A stretch of 64,000 bases of DNA. Origin: an uncultured delta proteobacterium (GTDB lineage: Bacteria > Desulfobacterota > Desulfomonilia > UBA1062). Position numbers and translations under genes: made by a program. Shown piece after piece: positions 31,085-41,325 of this stretch (positions within the stretch are counted from its first letter, which is position 1; each line of letters starts with the position of its first letter). The notes under the pieces were generated by a model, which was not told where the DNA came from, ran no database searches, and saw only the letters and a list, made by a program, of their open reading frames with translations. The DNA lies in assembly GCA_963785235.1 (NCBI GenBank), contig CAWAUM010000001.1, forward strand, positions 288,001 through 352,000, read 5' to 3'.

Positions 31085-32081
31085 GTTCTTTTACCTTCCT
31101 TTCCAGCTCGCGCACACGCTTTAAAAGCTCCGGCAGATCCTTGTATACATTCTGGACCCTGAGCCAGTGTTTGTGGTCCATGGCAGGGAATCCCGAGATC
31201 ACCTTGCCGGCAGGTATGTCTGTTACAATACCGGTACGGCTGGCTGCAGTGACACCGTCACCGATGGTGATGTGACCGACCACGCCGCACTGGCCTGCCA
31301 GCACGACTCCCGCCCCGATGCGGGCACTGCCGGAGATGCCTGTCTGGGCCACGATGATGGTATGGTCACCCACCACCACGTTATGGCCGACCTGTACGAG
31401 GTTGTCCATTTTAACGTCCGAACCTATCCTGGTGCTGGTAAGGGCTGCCCGGTCGATGGTGCAGTTGCTGCCGATCTCCACATGGTCGCCTATAATGGCG
31501 ATCCCCTTCTGGGGAATTTTGACATGTTGCTTCCCGTCCCAGACAAACCCGAACCCGTCTGATCCGATGACGACCCCTGCATGGATGATACAGTGATCAC
31601 CGATTGTACATCCGTCATAGAGTACTACATTCGGGTAAAGTATGGTGTGTTCGCCTACAGCAGCACCATCACCGATAAAACAGCCTGGATAGATCACGGT
31701 GTTTGGCGAGATGCATGCCTGAGCACCTATGTACACATGGGGATGGATACAGGCATCTGCGTGCACCTGAGCATCCGGATGCACATAAGCAAACTCTGAT
31801 ATACCCGGGCGTATGGGTTTTCCCGGGTAGATAAGCTGCAGTACCTGTGCAAAATAGAGGTAGGCATTGTCGGTTATGATCTGTGAAATGGGCAGATCAA
31901 ATGCGGCCTGGACAATGACAGCACCGGCCTTGGTGTCTTTCACCGCCTCACGGTACTTGAGATTGGCCAGGAAGGTTATATCACTGGCCACGGCCTCCTC
32001 AAGGGTTGAAGCCCCTGAGATCTCCCGGTCTTCACCCTGTAAGGCCCCCCCGAGAAGCTCTACAAGTCTGGACAGCAGCAT
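31071..32081 (-). CDS. lpxD: UDP-3-O-acylglucosamine N-acyltransferase
   Basis: IGSDGFGF, KIPQKG, TIDRA, DNLVQVGHN. Confidence 0.95.
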   Translation of the reverse strand: MLLSRLVELLGGALQGEDREISGASTLEEAVASDITFLANLKYREAVKDTKAGAVIVQAAFDLPISQIITDNAYLYFAQVLQLIYPGKPIRPGISEFAYVHPDAQVHADACIHPHVYIGAQACISPNTVIYPGCFIGDGAAVGEHTILYPNVVLYDGCTIGDHCIIHAGVVIGSDGFGFVWDGKQHVKIPQKGIAIIGDHVEIGSNCTIDRAALTSTRIGSDVKMDNLVQVGHNVVVGDHTIIVAQTGISGSARIGAGVVLAGQCGVVGHITIGDGVTAASRTGIVTDIPAGKVISGFPAMDHKHWLRVQNVYKDLPELLKRVRELERKVKELVKD

Positions 32082-32084
32082 GGG

Positions 32085-32639
32085 TTACTCTTTTTTCGCC
32101 TTGTCCTTGCCCTTCTTTTCCTGGTTGTGCTTGTCGAATGCCGTTATAATCTGGCTCGTGATGTCGATCTTCGGGTTTGTATAGACAAGGGCAGGGTTCT
32201 GTTTGTCAAGGACCATGTCAATGTTGTTCTTCTCGCTATAGGCCTTGATGATCACGTCAAGATCCTTGCTGAAGGGTTTTAAGAACTCCATCTCCTTACG
32301 CCTGAGATCGTCCTGGGCGTCTTTTACGGAGCGGTTATAGTCCTTGAGCTCCTTGTCATATTTTGTCTCCAGATCTTCTCTGGCCGTGACTGTCATGGTG
32401 GCTGATTTGGCCTGGAGCTGATCGGCCATGGTCTTGAGCTTGTTCTGTTTCTTCTCAAGATCAGATGCCTTCTGGTCTTTCAAGGTGTTCAGCTGCTTGT
32501 ACGCATCCTTTCCCGCCAGTGATTCCATGAGGATCTTCTGCGAGTCGAGATAGACGATTTTCGTGTCCTGTGCGCTCAGAGTTCCTGATGTCGCACAGAT
32601 AAGGCAGACTGCAAAAAAACTAACGATGATTCTTTTCAT
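32085..32639 (-). CDS. skp: OmpH/Skp periplasmic chaperone
   Basis: Signal peptide, coiled coil, DMVLDK...IDITSQI; between bamA and lpxD. Confidence 0.88.
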   Translation of the reverse strand: MKRIIVSFFAVCLICATSGTLSAQDTKIVYLDSQKILMESLAGKDAYKQLNTLKDQKASDLEKKQNKLKTMADQLQAKSATMTVTAREDLETKYDKELKDYNRSVKDAQDDLRRKEMEFLKPFSKDLDVIIKAYSEKNNIDMVLDKQNPALVYTNPKIDITSQIITAFDKHNQEKKGKDKAKKE

Positions 32640-32672
32640 ATGTGCTCCTCTCTCAGAATATGTTCTTTAATA

Positions 32673-35108
32673 CTAGAAGAAAGCCCCGACAGTGAAATCC
32701 CAGCGCGATGGGGATTCATCAGGCTCAGGGTTGATGACCTTTGCGTACTCGATCCGTATCGGTCCCATGGGTGTCACCCACCTGATGCCCGCACCATACG
32801 ACTTTTTCAGGTTTGTCAGGTCGATGCGATGCTCATAGCCATTCCCCTGGTCATGGAAGATAACTCCATAGAGCCCGGGAATCGGACCGAGAGGGAAGGT
32901 GACCTCGATATTCATTACAACCATGCGTCTTCCCCCAAGCACATTGTCCAGGCTGTCTCTCGGCCCGATCTCGCCGTACTTGAAGCCTCGTATGCTGTTC
33001 AATCCGCCCAGCGTGAATCGCTCATACTCCGGGAGCTCATCGCCGTGGGCGGGGTTCACTGTACCCCATCTCCCCTTCAACATCAAGGCGAGTTTGTCGG
33101 TCCAGATGGGGAAGAACTTGGCCGCTGAAGCAGTGACCCTGGTGAAATGGAACGTACCTCCAAGCCCGGCATATTGAAGGGATACACCCATGTCGGAACC
33201 TTGTGTGGGGCGGAAGTAATCGTTGGTGGTATTCCGGTAAAGGCTGTTTGTAATGCTGCTTGTGATACCGCCCTCAATCTCTTCTTCGGTAAGGGAGGGC
33301 AGGTAGGATGCGTCGATATTCGTAAGCGGGGCGGTATCGTCAAGGGAGTATACGATACTGTGACGTATCTTCTCTATGACCGAGTAACTAAGCCGTATAT
33401 TTCCGCCCCTGCTCGACTTGGTGTAGTAAAGGTAGTCCTTTTCCGTATTATAAAGAAGGGCGCCAAGCGATACCGGATGGTCCAGGAGCCAGGGTTCCTC
33501 AACGTCCAAGGTATAGCTTTTCCTTTTCGGGCCGTATTCCAGGCCGGCCTTGCTCTTCAGCCCTTTGCCCAGAAGGTTTATCTCGCTCAACGCTATGGTC
33601 CCCATGGGGCCGTCTTCTGTGGAGTAGGCCATACCAAAGGAAAAGGAGCCTGTAGTGGTCTCTTCCACGTCCACGTTCAGCGACATGGTTTCTTCGTTTA
33701 TCGGTATAGGGTCAATGTCCGCGGATTTGAAATATCCCAGCCTGTTCAGGTTGTCTTTGCTGTCCTTGATGGCGGTTGAAGAGAACAGCTTCCCTTCTTC
33801 GAGCTCAAGCTCACGCCTGATGACCTTGTCCCTGGTCTTGTTGTTGCCCTTGATCCGGATCGTGTCAATGGTTACCGGCTTGCCCTGGGTAATGCGAAAG
33901 GTGAGACCGACTTTGGTTTCCGCCTCATCATTGGTTTCAGTTTTGATCTGGACATAGGCATACCCCTCGTCCATATACAGGTCACGCAGGCGTTCGATGT
34001 TCTCCTGGATCTTGCTCTTGCTCATGACATCACCTGGCTCGAGTTTGATCATGGCCAGGAGTTCTTCCTTGGGCAATATGAGATCACCTGATACATCGAT
34101 GGCGCCTATGGTGAAGACCGGCCCTTCAAAAATCGGTATGGTAATGTAGATGCCGTCATCTTCCCTGATGTCGATCTTCGGCCTGCCCACCCTGGTCTGC
34201 ATGTACCCGTTGTCTCCATAGAACTGTTCAATCCTTAAGAGGTCGGTATCAAGCACGCTGTCCTGATAGGTGCCCTCATGACTGAATATGCCCAGCGGCC
34301 ATCGTGTCGAGGTCTCCATTATGCCCTTGATCTGGCGGGAAGAGAGGTTTTCGTTGCCGTCGAAAGAGATCTTCTCAATGTAGAGCTGCTTGTTCTCCGT
34401 GACGTTAAAGGTGAGGTTGATCCCACCTTCGGTGGTGATTGTCTCGGATTTGACATCGACCTGATAATAGCCCCTTTCGCGATAAAGCCCCTTTATACGG
34501 TCGATGCTGGTTTTCAGCAGCCTGGTGTTCAAGATGTCGAACTTCTTCAGGCCGATGCCGTCAAGGATATCCTTCTCTTTGATCTCCGAGTTGCCCTTGG
34601 TCTCAATCTTGATGATGATGGGATATTCCTTTACCATAAAGACCACTGCGTTGTCCTCAAGGGTGGCATCACACTTCTCAAAATATCCCATGGAGTAGAT
34701 CTCTTCGATATCTTTTTTAATGGCGTTCTTATGGAGGATATCGCCCTTGGCGGTTTTTATACGGAAGCGGATGGCGTCAGTGCTTATGCGGGAATAGCCT
34801 TTGATGGTTACATCCTTGATGGTACAAACGCCCTTGAGCCTGAGGTAGCCGTCTGTGGCCTCGGTTATGCTCGCAGCGCTATATCCTGTCCCTGAGGGGT
34901 CTGTGACACGGTATACCCCCTCTTTGGATTCAAGGTACAGTTCTGTAGCAGACGGAGTGTCGGACAAGGTAATACAGGGGACGTCTAAAAGATAATCAGA
35001 TACGGCCTTGACAGCTGTCTTTACCATAAACTGCTCGGCAAAGGCTGCAGAAGGAAGGATCGTGAAGAGTATAAAGATAATCAGGCCGCTACTGCGCAGT
35101 TGGTTCAA
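32673..35108 (-). CDS. bamA: Outer membrane protein assembly factor
   Basis: POTRA repeats ([13 protein letters not shown]), SIRGFKY loop, [16 protein letters not shown]-terminal Phe. Confidence 0.95.
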   Translation of the reverse strand: MNQLRSSGLIIFILFTILPSAAFAEQFMVKTAVKAVSDYLLDVPCITLSDTPSATELYLESKEGVYRVTDPSGTGYSAASITEATDGYLRLKGVCTIKDVTIKGYSRISTDAIRFRIKTAKGDILHKNAIKKDIEEIYSMGYFEKCDATLEDNAVVFMVKEYPIIIKIETKGNSEIKEKDILDGIGLKKFDILNTRLLKTSIDRIKGLYRERGYYQVDVKSETITTEGGINLTFNVTENKQLYIEKISFDGNENLSSRQIKGIMETSTRWPLGIFSHEGTYQDSVLDTDLLRIEQFYGDNGYMQTRVGRPKIDIREDDGIYITIPIFEGPVFTIGAIDVSGDLILPKEELLAMIKLEPGDVMSKSKIQENIERLRDLYMDEGYAYVQIKTETNDEAETKVGLTFRITQGKPVTIDTIRIKGNNKTRDKVIRRELELEEGKLFSSTAIKDSKDNLNRLGYFKSADIDPIPINEETMSLNVDVEETTTGSFSFGMAYSTEDGPMGTIALSEINLLGKGLKSKAGLEYGPKRKSYTLDVEEPWLLDHPVSLGALLYNTEKDYLYYTKSSRGGNIRLSYSVIEKIRHSIVYSLDDTAPLTNIDASYLPSLTEEEIEGGITSSITNSLYRNTTNDYFRPTQGSDMGVSLQYAGLGGTFHFTRVTASAAKFFPIWTDKLALMLKGRWGTVNPAHGDELPEYERFTLGGLNSIRGFKYGEIGPRDSLDNVLGGRRMVVMNIEVTFPLGPIPGLYGVIFHDQGNGYEHRIDLTNLKKSYGAGIRWVTPMGPIRIEYAKVINPEPDESPSRWDFTVGAFF

Positions 35109-35778
35109 GATGTCCCCCTTTCAGTACAAGCACCTTGTCCATGGTGCGGGCAAGCTCCATATTGTGTGTGGCAATAATTAACGTCACACAAAGCGTAGTC
35201 CGAAGCCTGGTGAAGAGCTCAATGACCTTGTGGCCTGTTTCGCTGTCAAGGTCCCCGGTGGGCTCATCCGCCAGGATGATTCCGGGCGACATCATAAGGG
35301 CCCGCGCAATGGCGACCCGCTGTTGTTCCCCGCCCGAGAGCTCGCCGGGCTTATGGGTACTCCTGCCTTTGAGCCCTACCAGGTCCAGCAGCTCTTCAGC
35401 GCGCGCTGTGATGGGGCCGGACATATTCGAGGAGAGGAGCGCAGGGACCATCACATTCTCCAGGGCCGTGAACTCAGGGAGCAGATAGTGGAACTGAAAT
35501 ACAAACCCGATTTTCGTGTTCCTGAACCGGGCGATCTCGCGGTCCTTCATGGCGGAGATGTCGCTGGCACCGTAGATGATATTGCCTGAATCCGGTTTTT
35601 CCAATCCCCCGAGCAGGTGAAGCAACGTGCTCTTGCCTGATCCGGACGCCCCTACAATGGCAATGCCTTCAGACTTGTAGACATCAAGGTCAATGCCCTT
35701 GAGCACCTCAATGACCTCAGGCCCTTTACGGAATGACTTGTGGAGGCCTTCTATGGTGAGCACCAGCTCATCCTTCAT
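35089..35778 (-). CDS. lolD: Lipoprotein-releasing ABC ATPase
   Basis: [39 protein letters not shown]. Confidence 0.92.
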   Translation of the reverse strand: MKDELVLTIEGLHKSFRKGPEVIEVLKGIDLDVYKSEGIAIVGASGSGKSTLLHLLGGLEKPDSGNIIYGASDISAMKDREIARFRNTKIGFVFQFHYLLPEFTALENVMVPALLSSNMSGPITARAEELLDLVGLKGRSTHKPGELSGGEQQRVAIARALMMSPGIILADEPTGDLDSETGHKVIELFTRLRTTLCVTLIIATHNMELARTMDKVLVLKGGHLEPTAQ

Positions 35779-37000
35779 ATCGGATTACCTCTACAGGGTC
35801 TTGCTTTGCAGCCTGTCTGGCAGGGTATATGGTTGCCAAGAAGGACAATAGGATAGAGGCCACCACGATCAATGTCACCTCTATGGCATCCACCTTTGTC
35901 GGCAGCCCGGTGATATAATACACATCCTTGGGCATGACCTGGATACCAAAGACGAACTCAACAGCAGCAACAACGGTATTCAGGTTGTTGGTGAGCAAAA
36001 GACCCAGCGCGAGCCCCCCAATGGTACCGGCAATGCCGATGGCCATTCCTACGGTAATGAAGATCTTCAGGATCTGCTCTGTTGTGGCCCCCATGGACTT
36101 TAAGATCGCGATCTCCTTGCGTTTCTCCATGACCATCATGATGAGTGTGCTTATGATGCTGAACGCGGCCACCAGGATGATGAACAGCAGGATGATGAAC
36201 ATGATGGTCTTTTCAAGCCGTAAGGCAGCGAAGAGGCTCTTGTTCATATCCTTCCAGGTCTTGGCCCAGAAACCTTCCTTCAGGTGTGAAAGGATAGACT
36301 TGGAGATGGCATCGGCCCGGTAGATATCATCCACCTTGACCTCAACTCCTGAGGCCATATCCAGCATGAACAGCTTTTTTGCCGCTTCAAGCGATATGTA
36401 GATCATGTTGCTGTCAAATTCGTACATGCCGGTGGAGAAGATGCCCCGGACAATAAAGGTCATGGACTTGGGTATCATGCCCAGCGGGGTAATGGTGCCG
36501 GTAGGTGATATCAGCGTCACGGCATCCCCCAGGCTGACACCCGAGGCGGCAGCCAGCTCGGAGCCGACCAGCACACCGGTGTTCCCCATGTTGCTGGTGC
36601 CCTGCGAGATGATCTCCTTTAAGCGGATAACCTTGGAGGCACTTTCAGGGACTATTCCCCTGATTACCGCCCCTGATATGCCTCCGGGGGCTGAAACCAG
36701 GCCCTGGGAGAGGATAAACGGCGTGGCGGCCACCACACCCTTTTCCTTGGCGACTACATCCATTACGGCCTTCGTGTCGCTGATGCCGCCCTTATAATGG
36801 GAGATGACGATGTGCGACTGGGTGCCCAGGAGCTTGGTCGTGATGTCGTCTTCAAAGCCGTTCATCACGGAGAGCACGACGATCAGCGCCATAACGCCTA
36901 TGGCTATGCCCATCACCGACAACCCGGAGGTAAAGCTTATGAAGCCCTGGCTCTTCTTGGCCCGCAGGTATTTTTTGGCAACAAGGAACTCGAATCTCAG
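35768..37000 (-). CDS. Lipoprotein-releasing ABC permease LolC/E; probable CTG start
   Basis: The frame extends upstream of the ORF-track start as (M)RFEFLVAKKYLRAKKSQGFISF; VLSVMNGF, KRKEIAILKSMGA, PARQAA. Confidence 0.9.
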   Translation of the reverse strand: MRFEFLVAKKYLRAKKSQGFISFTSGLSVMGIAIGVMALIVVLSVMNGFEDDITTKLLGTQSHIVISHYKGGISDTKAVMDVVAKEKGVVAATPFILSQGLVSAPGGISGAVIRGIVPESASKVIRLKEIISQGTSNMGNTGVLVGSELAAASGVSLGDAVTLISPTGTITPLGMIPKSMTFIVRGIFSTGMYEFDSNMIYISLEAAKKLFMLDMASGVEVKVDDIYRADAISKSILSHLKEGFWAKTWKDMNKSLFAALRLEKTIMFIILLFIILVAAFSIISTLIMMVMEKRKEIAILKSMGATTEQILKIFITVGMAIGIAGTIGGLALGLLLTNNLNTVVAAVEFVFGIQVMPKDVYYITGLPTKVDAIEVTLIVVASILLSFLATIYPARQAAKQDPVEVIRYEG

Positions 37001-38478
37001 GATGTCTCTCCTTTGCGAAGCAGCGGGAACAGGATGACATCCCTGATGGAGGGGCTGTCGGTCAGCAGCATGACGAGCCGGTCGATGCCGATGCCTTCGC
37101 CGGCCGCCGGAGGCATACCATACTCAAGCGCCCTGATGTAGTCCTCATCCACCTCCGAGGAACCTTCTGCCTTATTGCGTACCTGTTCGACAAACCGTTC
37201 CTTCTGATCAAAGGGGTCATTCAGCTCGGAAAAGGCGTTCGCGATCTCGCGTCCGGTGATAAAGAGCTCGAAGCGGTCTACAATGCCTGGGTCGTCATTG
37301 TTTCTCCTGGAAAGCGGAGAGACCTCCGTGGGGTAGGAGGTGATAAAAGTGGGCTCCATGAGTTTTTCTTCAGCCGTCGTCTCGAAGATGATGAGCTGGA
37401 GATCGCCCAGGGATTCGTTTCCGGCCAGTTCCATGCCAGCATTCTTGCAGAAGGCCCTGGCCCTGTCCAGATCCTCCATGACCCCGGCTTCGACGCCTCC
37501 AACTTCATAGGCTGCTTCCTTGAGGGTATAACGCTTCCATGGCGGTGTCAGATCAATGGTGGCGCCCTGGTAGGGAACGATTGTTGTTCCAAGCACTTCT
37601 TTTGCCACCGTCGAGATCATGTCCTCGGTAAAGGCCATGAGATCGGTGTAGTCCGCATAGGCCATGTAGAATTCCATCATGGTGAATTCAGGGTTATGCC
37701 TGGTTGATATGCCCTCGTTGCGGAAATTCCGGTTGACCTCGTAAACCCTCTCGAAACCGCCGACTAAAAGCCTTTTGAGGTACAGTTCGGGCGCGATCCT
37801 CAAATAGAGGTCCATGTCCAGTGCATTATGGTGCGTGAGAAAGGGTTTTGCAGTTGCGCCGCCCGGGATGCTCTGCATCATGGGGGTCTCAACCTCGATG
37901 AACGAGTGGGAGTCCATATATCTTCTCAGTGCAGTGATGATCCTTGTCCGTTTCAGGAAGGTCTCCTTCACCGTCTCAGAGACAAAGAGATCAACGTAGC
38001 GCTGACGGTATCTGGTTTCTACATCCTTGAGCCCGTGCCATTTCTCCGGCATGGGCCTGAACGACTTGGTAAGCAGCTCGAACCCCGACACATAGACGGA
38101 GAGCTCGCCGGTCCTGGTTTTGACAGGTGTGCCCCACAAACCGATGATGTCGCCGATGTCGAGCTTTTTAAAGAGCTCGTAGGCATCTTTGCCGAGTTTT
38201 GCCTCCTCGAAGAAGGCCTGGAGCCTGCCGGTGTGGTCTAGAAAATGGATGAAGGATGCCTTGCCGAACTTGCGGGCCGCCATGATCCTGCCGGCAAGGT
38301 GGTGGATGGTTTTTATCTCATGAAGCTCCTCGGTGGAGCGTTCCTGGTATAGGGAGATAAAGGCGGATATATCCGTGTCCTTCCTGTAGGTGTTGGGGAA
38401 ATGCTTGACCCCGGATTCCTGTTTCAATTGCTCATACTTCTCTATCCGCTGGCGGATGAGGGGATTCAGATCTTCCAC
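36997..38478 (-). CDS. lysS: Lysine--tRNA ligase (class II)
   Basis: RYRQRYVDL, LRIAPELYLKRL, FRNEG, HNPEFTM, YGMPPAAGEGIGIDR; GTG start after GGAG. Confidence 0.96.
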   Translation of the reverse strand: MEDLNPLIRQRIEKYEQLKQESGVKHFPNTYRKDTDISAFISLYQERSTEELHEIKTIHHLAGRIMAARKFGKASFIHFLDHTGRLQAFFEEAKLGKDAYELFKKLDIGDIIGLWGTPVKTRTGELSVYVSGFELLTKSFRPMPEKWHGLKDVETRYRQRYVDLFVSETVKETFLKRTRIITALRRYMDSHSFIEVETPMMQSIPGGATAKPFLTHHNALDMDLYLRIAPELYLKRLLVGGFERVYEVNRNFRNEGISTRHNPEFTMMEFYMAYADYTDLMAFTEDMISTVAKEVLGTTIVPYQGATIDLTPPWKRYTLKEAAYEVGGVEAGVMEDLDRARAFCKNAGMELAGNESLGDLQLIIFETTAEEKLMEPTFITSYPTEVSPLSRRNNDDPGIVDRFELFITGREIANAFSELNDPFDQKERFVEQVRNKAEGSSEVDEDYIRALEYGMPPAAGEGIGIDRLVMLLTDSPSIRDVILFPLLRKGETS

Positions 38479-38629
38479 GTTCACATCTCCATATGCTTCA
38501 AATTGAGCGCATATATAGTTAATTTCCCGCACCGAGTCAATAAAACACCAATAAGCCCTGAAGAAGCAGCAGTTGAATCCCCTGGCGCGGCATATGCTCT
38601 TCCGGTAAGATCATATCACAGGTATAAGT

Positions 38630-39202
38630 ATGGGACTTTCATCATTGGAAAAAGGGGTGCTCATGGATCTGGCCCGAAGAGCGGCAACAGCCTTCACCCA
38701 AAAGGGTCTTGGTGTTGAACCTGCCGTTGATGAAAGCGGACTGCCGGACGCCCTCTTGGAAAAAAAGGGTCTCTTTGTGTCCGTCTATAAGCAAGGCGAG
38801 CTCAGGGGCTGCATGGGAACCATTCTCCCCGTGATGCCCATATGGCAGGCATGTATGGAAAACGCCCGTAGCGCCGCATACAAGGACCCCCGGTTTGTTC
38901 CCCTGGCCAATCATGAGCTGGATCATATCAGCTTCGAGATAACCATAGTAGACACCCCAAGACCATTCTCAGACGTCTCCCAGCTTAATAAAGGCATCCA
39001 TGGCCTCATTCTCACAAAGGGTTTCCGCAAGGAGGTATTTCTGCCGGGCTCCCTCAAAGATCTGCCTCAAAATACTGAAGAAATTTTCGCGAGGCTGCGG
39101 GACAAGGCGGACATGAATGATGATGATCATAACGCACCCGAGCAGTGGGAGTTCTTCCATGCGGAGGTGATATCAGAGAGAACAACGGATGATGGGTGCT
39201 AA
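38630..39202 (+). CDS. AMMECR1 domain protein (AmmeMemoRadiSam protein A-like)
   Basis: GLFVS, ELRGCMG, AAYKDPRF, GIHGLI, FLP. Confidence 0.8.
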   Translation: MGLSSLEKGVLMDLARRAATAFTQKGLGVEPAVDESGLPDALLEKKGLFVSVYKQGELRGCMGTILPVMPIWQACMENARSAAYKDPRFVPLANHELDHISFEITIVDTPRPFSDVSQLNKGIHGLILTKGFRKEVFLPGSLKDLPQNTEEIFARLRDKADMNDDDHNAPEQWEFFHAEVISERTTDDGC

Positions 39203-39400
39203 GGAACCAGGTGTTCGATCATGAGATGGTTACTGGGTTTGCTGGGGATAACAGGTTTGCTCTAACCTTACAGATGGTGAGCCTTGAGATAGATTACATC
39301 TTGCCCTGGATCTACAGGTCGTTCCTCGGACAATTTTACAAGTGAAGCAAAATTGTAGTATAGTTAGGCGGCAGCACTAAATCAGATATAGGATACAAAC

Positions 39401-40234
39401 ATGACCGGTCTCTCTGTCGTTATTCCCGCTCACAATGAAGAAGCAACCATTGAAAGTGTCGTTGAAGAAATCGTCCCAGTAGTACAACAACTTTGCAAAG
39501 ACTACGAAATTATCTTGGTCAACGACGGCAGCACTGACCGAACAGGTGAGATTGGCCGATCCCTGGCTCAACGCATTCCAAACGTTCAACTCGTCGAGCA
39601 TTTTCCTAACCGTCACTATGGCGGAGCACTCAAAGCTGGATTCACCAAGGCTACGAAAGAACTCATTGCATTTTTTCCAGCCGATAAGCAATTTGTCTTT
39701 AGTGAGATTGACCGACTATTGGCTGAACTACCTTCAGCAGATATTATTTCAGGCTATCGTGCCCATCGCCAAGACAACTTGATCCGCCGATTCAATGGCT
39801 TTGGCTGGAACACCGTTGTACGGATGCTGTTTGGTTATCTCTGCCGAGACATTGATTGCGGATTCAAACTGTTCCGGCGCGAGATTCTGGAACATGTCAA
39901 GCTCGTGAGTGATGGCGCTCCCTTTGATACAGAACTCTTGGCAGGAGCAAAGGCGCGCGGCTACCGCATTGCCGAGGTAAAGGTAACCCATTTGCCTCGC
40001 TCGGCTGGTAAAGCCACGGGGGCTGATTTTATGGTGATTGCCAAGGCTTTTTGTGACTTGCCTCGCTTTAGGTTGCGCTTGAATCGAGAGTTGCGGGAAG
40101 AAAAGCAAGCACGTGCAAGGGAGGAGGCAAATAGAGTTAGCGTCATCAAGGTAAAGGTTTCGTGCATTCGAGAGAAAAAGGGTACGGATATACCTTATAA
40201 AAGCGCTAGAAAAAGGCTTCATACAGACCTCTAG
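39401..40234 (+). CDS. Glycosyltransferase family 2 (polyprenol-phosphate glycosyltransferase-like)
   Basis: VVIPAHNEE, VNDGSTD, YGGALKAGF, DIDCGFKLFRR; TTTACA-N18-TATAGT upstream. Confidence 0.88.
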   Translation: MTGLSVVIPAHNEEATIESVVEEIVPVVQQLCKDYEIILVNDGSTDRTGEIGRSLAQRIPNVQLVEHFPNRHYGGALKAGFTKATKELIAFFPADKQFVFSEIDRLLAELPSADIISGYRAHRQDNLIRRFNGFGWNTVVRMLFGYLCRDIDCGFKLFRREILEHVKLVSDGAPFDTELLAGAKARGYRIAEVKVTHLPRSAGKATGADFMVIAKAFCDLPRFRLRLNRELREEKQARAREEANRVSVIKVKVSCIREKKGTDIPYKSARKRLHTDL

Positions 40235-40477
40235 ACCGTATGTTTGTGCTAAGTTAAACATACAATTGAATATGTCGGCCGGTGATCCGATGAATTATAG
40301 TATAAGAAATTTTTCGATTAATCGCTGATCCCCAAACACAGAGTATGAACCATTGATTTCTATGATACTCGTGAAAATAGTAATGTTATTCCATTACAGA
40401 GGAAGAATAGTCCTCATGTTATCAGAATGTTCCAGGGCATCCTTATTTAACCAATTGAAAAATCATTGATTGACGAA

Positions 40478-40493
40478 TGGCATTGTTATTGCT
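40478..40493 (+). promoter_or_regulatory. sigma54 (-24/-12) promoter candidate
   Basis: TGGCAT-TGTTA-TTGCT in a long AT-rich intergenic region upstream of the lipoprotein. Confidence 0.6.
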
Positions 40494-40613
40494 TTAAATA
40501 TTAATAGGTTGCTCCATTATGATGTGCATCTGTCCAGATGGGGAAACCAAAAGCATCCACGATTCATTACAACCCCGATTATTGAATTTATTTTGTGAAA
40601 GAGGGACTCATAT

Positions 40614-41237
40614 ATGTTCACAGTTAGGTTCATGGTCATCTTTCGGATAAGCATTATTCTAACTATTGTTGCTCTCTTTGCTGGTTGTGGCGGAGGAGGT
40701 GGGGGTGGTAATGCATCAGCAGAATCTGTTCCCACATTTAATGTAACTGGTAAGGTAGTAAGTGATGATATTAAACAACGTATTTCTGTAACAGTATCTG
40801 GCCTGAACTCAGAAACCACAACAACAGATAGCGCCAGTGGAAAATATAGCTTTACCGGCCTTGTCAAGGGGACGTACACTATTACTCCATCCATGGCTTG
40901 GTATAGATTCACTCCACCTTGTCAAGCGGTTACGATAAACAGCGCAGATGTCAGTGAAATAAACTTCACTTTCACTGGAGCCAATGGTTATATTCATAAC
41001 ATCTCAGGATTCATAACAGTGGGCGGTGTGGTTAAGCAAGGTGTTATTGTAACATTATCTGGCCCTAACTCAGCTACTGCGGCAACAGACGGCAGCGGGT
41101 ATTATAGTTTTCCGGGCCTGGCGAATGGGAAATATACTCTTACACCATCCATTACTGAATATACATTCACACCAACTAGTCAAACGGTAACGATCAATGG
41201 AGGAGATGCCAGCGCAATCAACTTTGCAGCTCCATAA
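40614..41237 (+). CDS. Lipoprotein with two tandem beta-sandwich (carboxypeptidase-regulatory-like) repeats
   Basis: Lipobox FAGC, poly-Gly linker, repeats TTDSASGKYSFTGLVKGTYTITPS / ATDGSGYYSFPGLANGKYTLTPS. Confidence 0.75.
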   Translation: MFTVRFMVIFRISIILTIVALFAGCGGGGGGGNASAESVPTFNVTGKVVSDDIKQRISVTVSGLNSETTTTDSASGKYSFTGLVKGTYTITPSMAWYRFTPPCQAVTINSADVSEINFTFTGANGYIHNISGFITVGGVVKQGVIVTLSGPNSATAATDGSGYYSFPGLANGKYTLTPSITEYTFTPTSQTVTINGGDASAINFAAP

Positions 41238-41325
41238 ACTGAATATAACCGCGATCATTTTTTTCATAGGACTATATAAAACCATCGGTCTCATGATAGA
41301 ACCTATGCCAGGTATAACCTACTTG

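Noticed and set aside
39255-39372. Integron attC/attI-like GTTAGGC before the GT2 gene
   Set aside because: No complementary GCCTAAC, no cassette array and no integrase; a sigma70 promoter explains the region better
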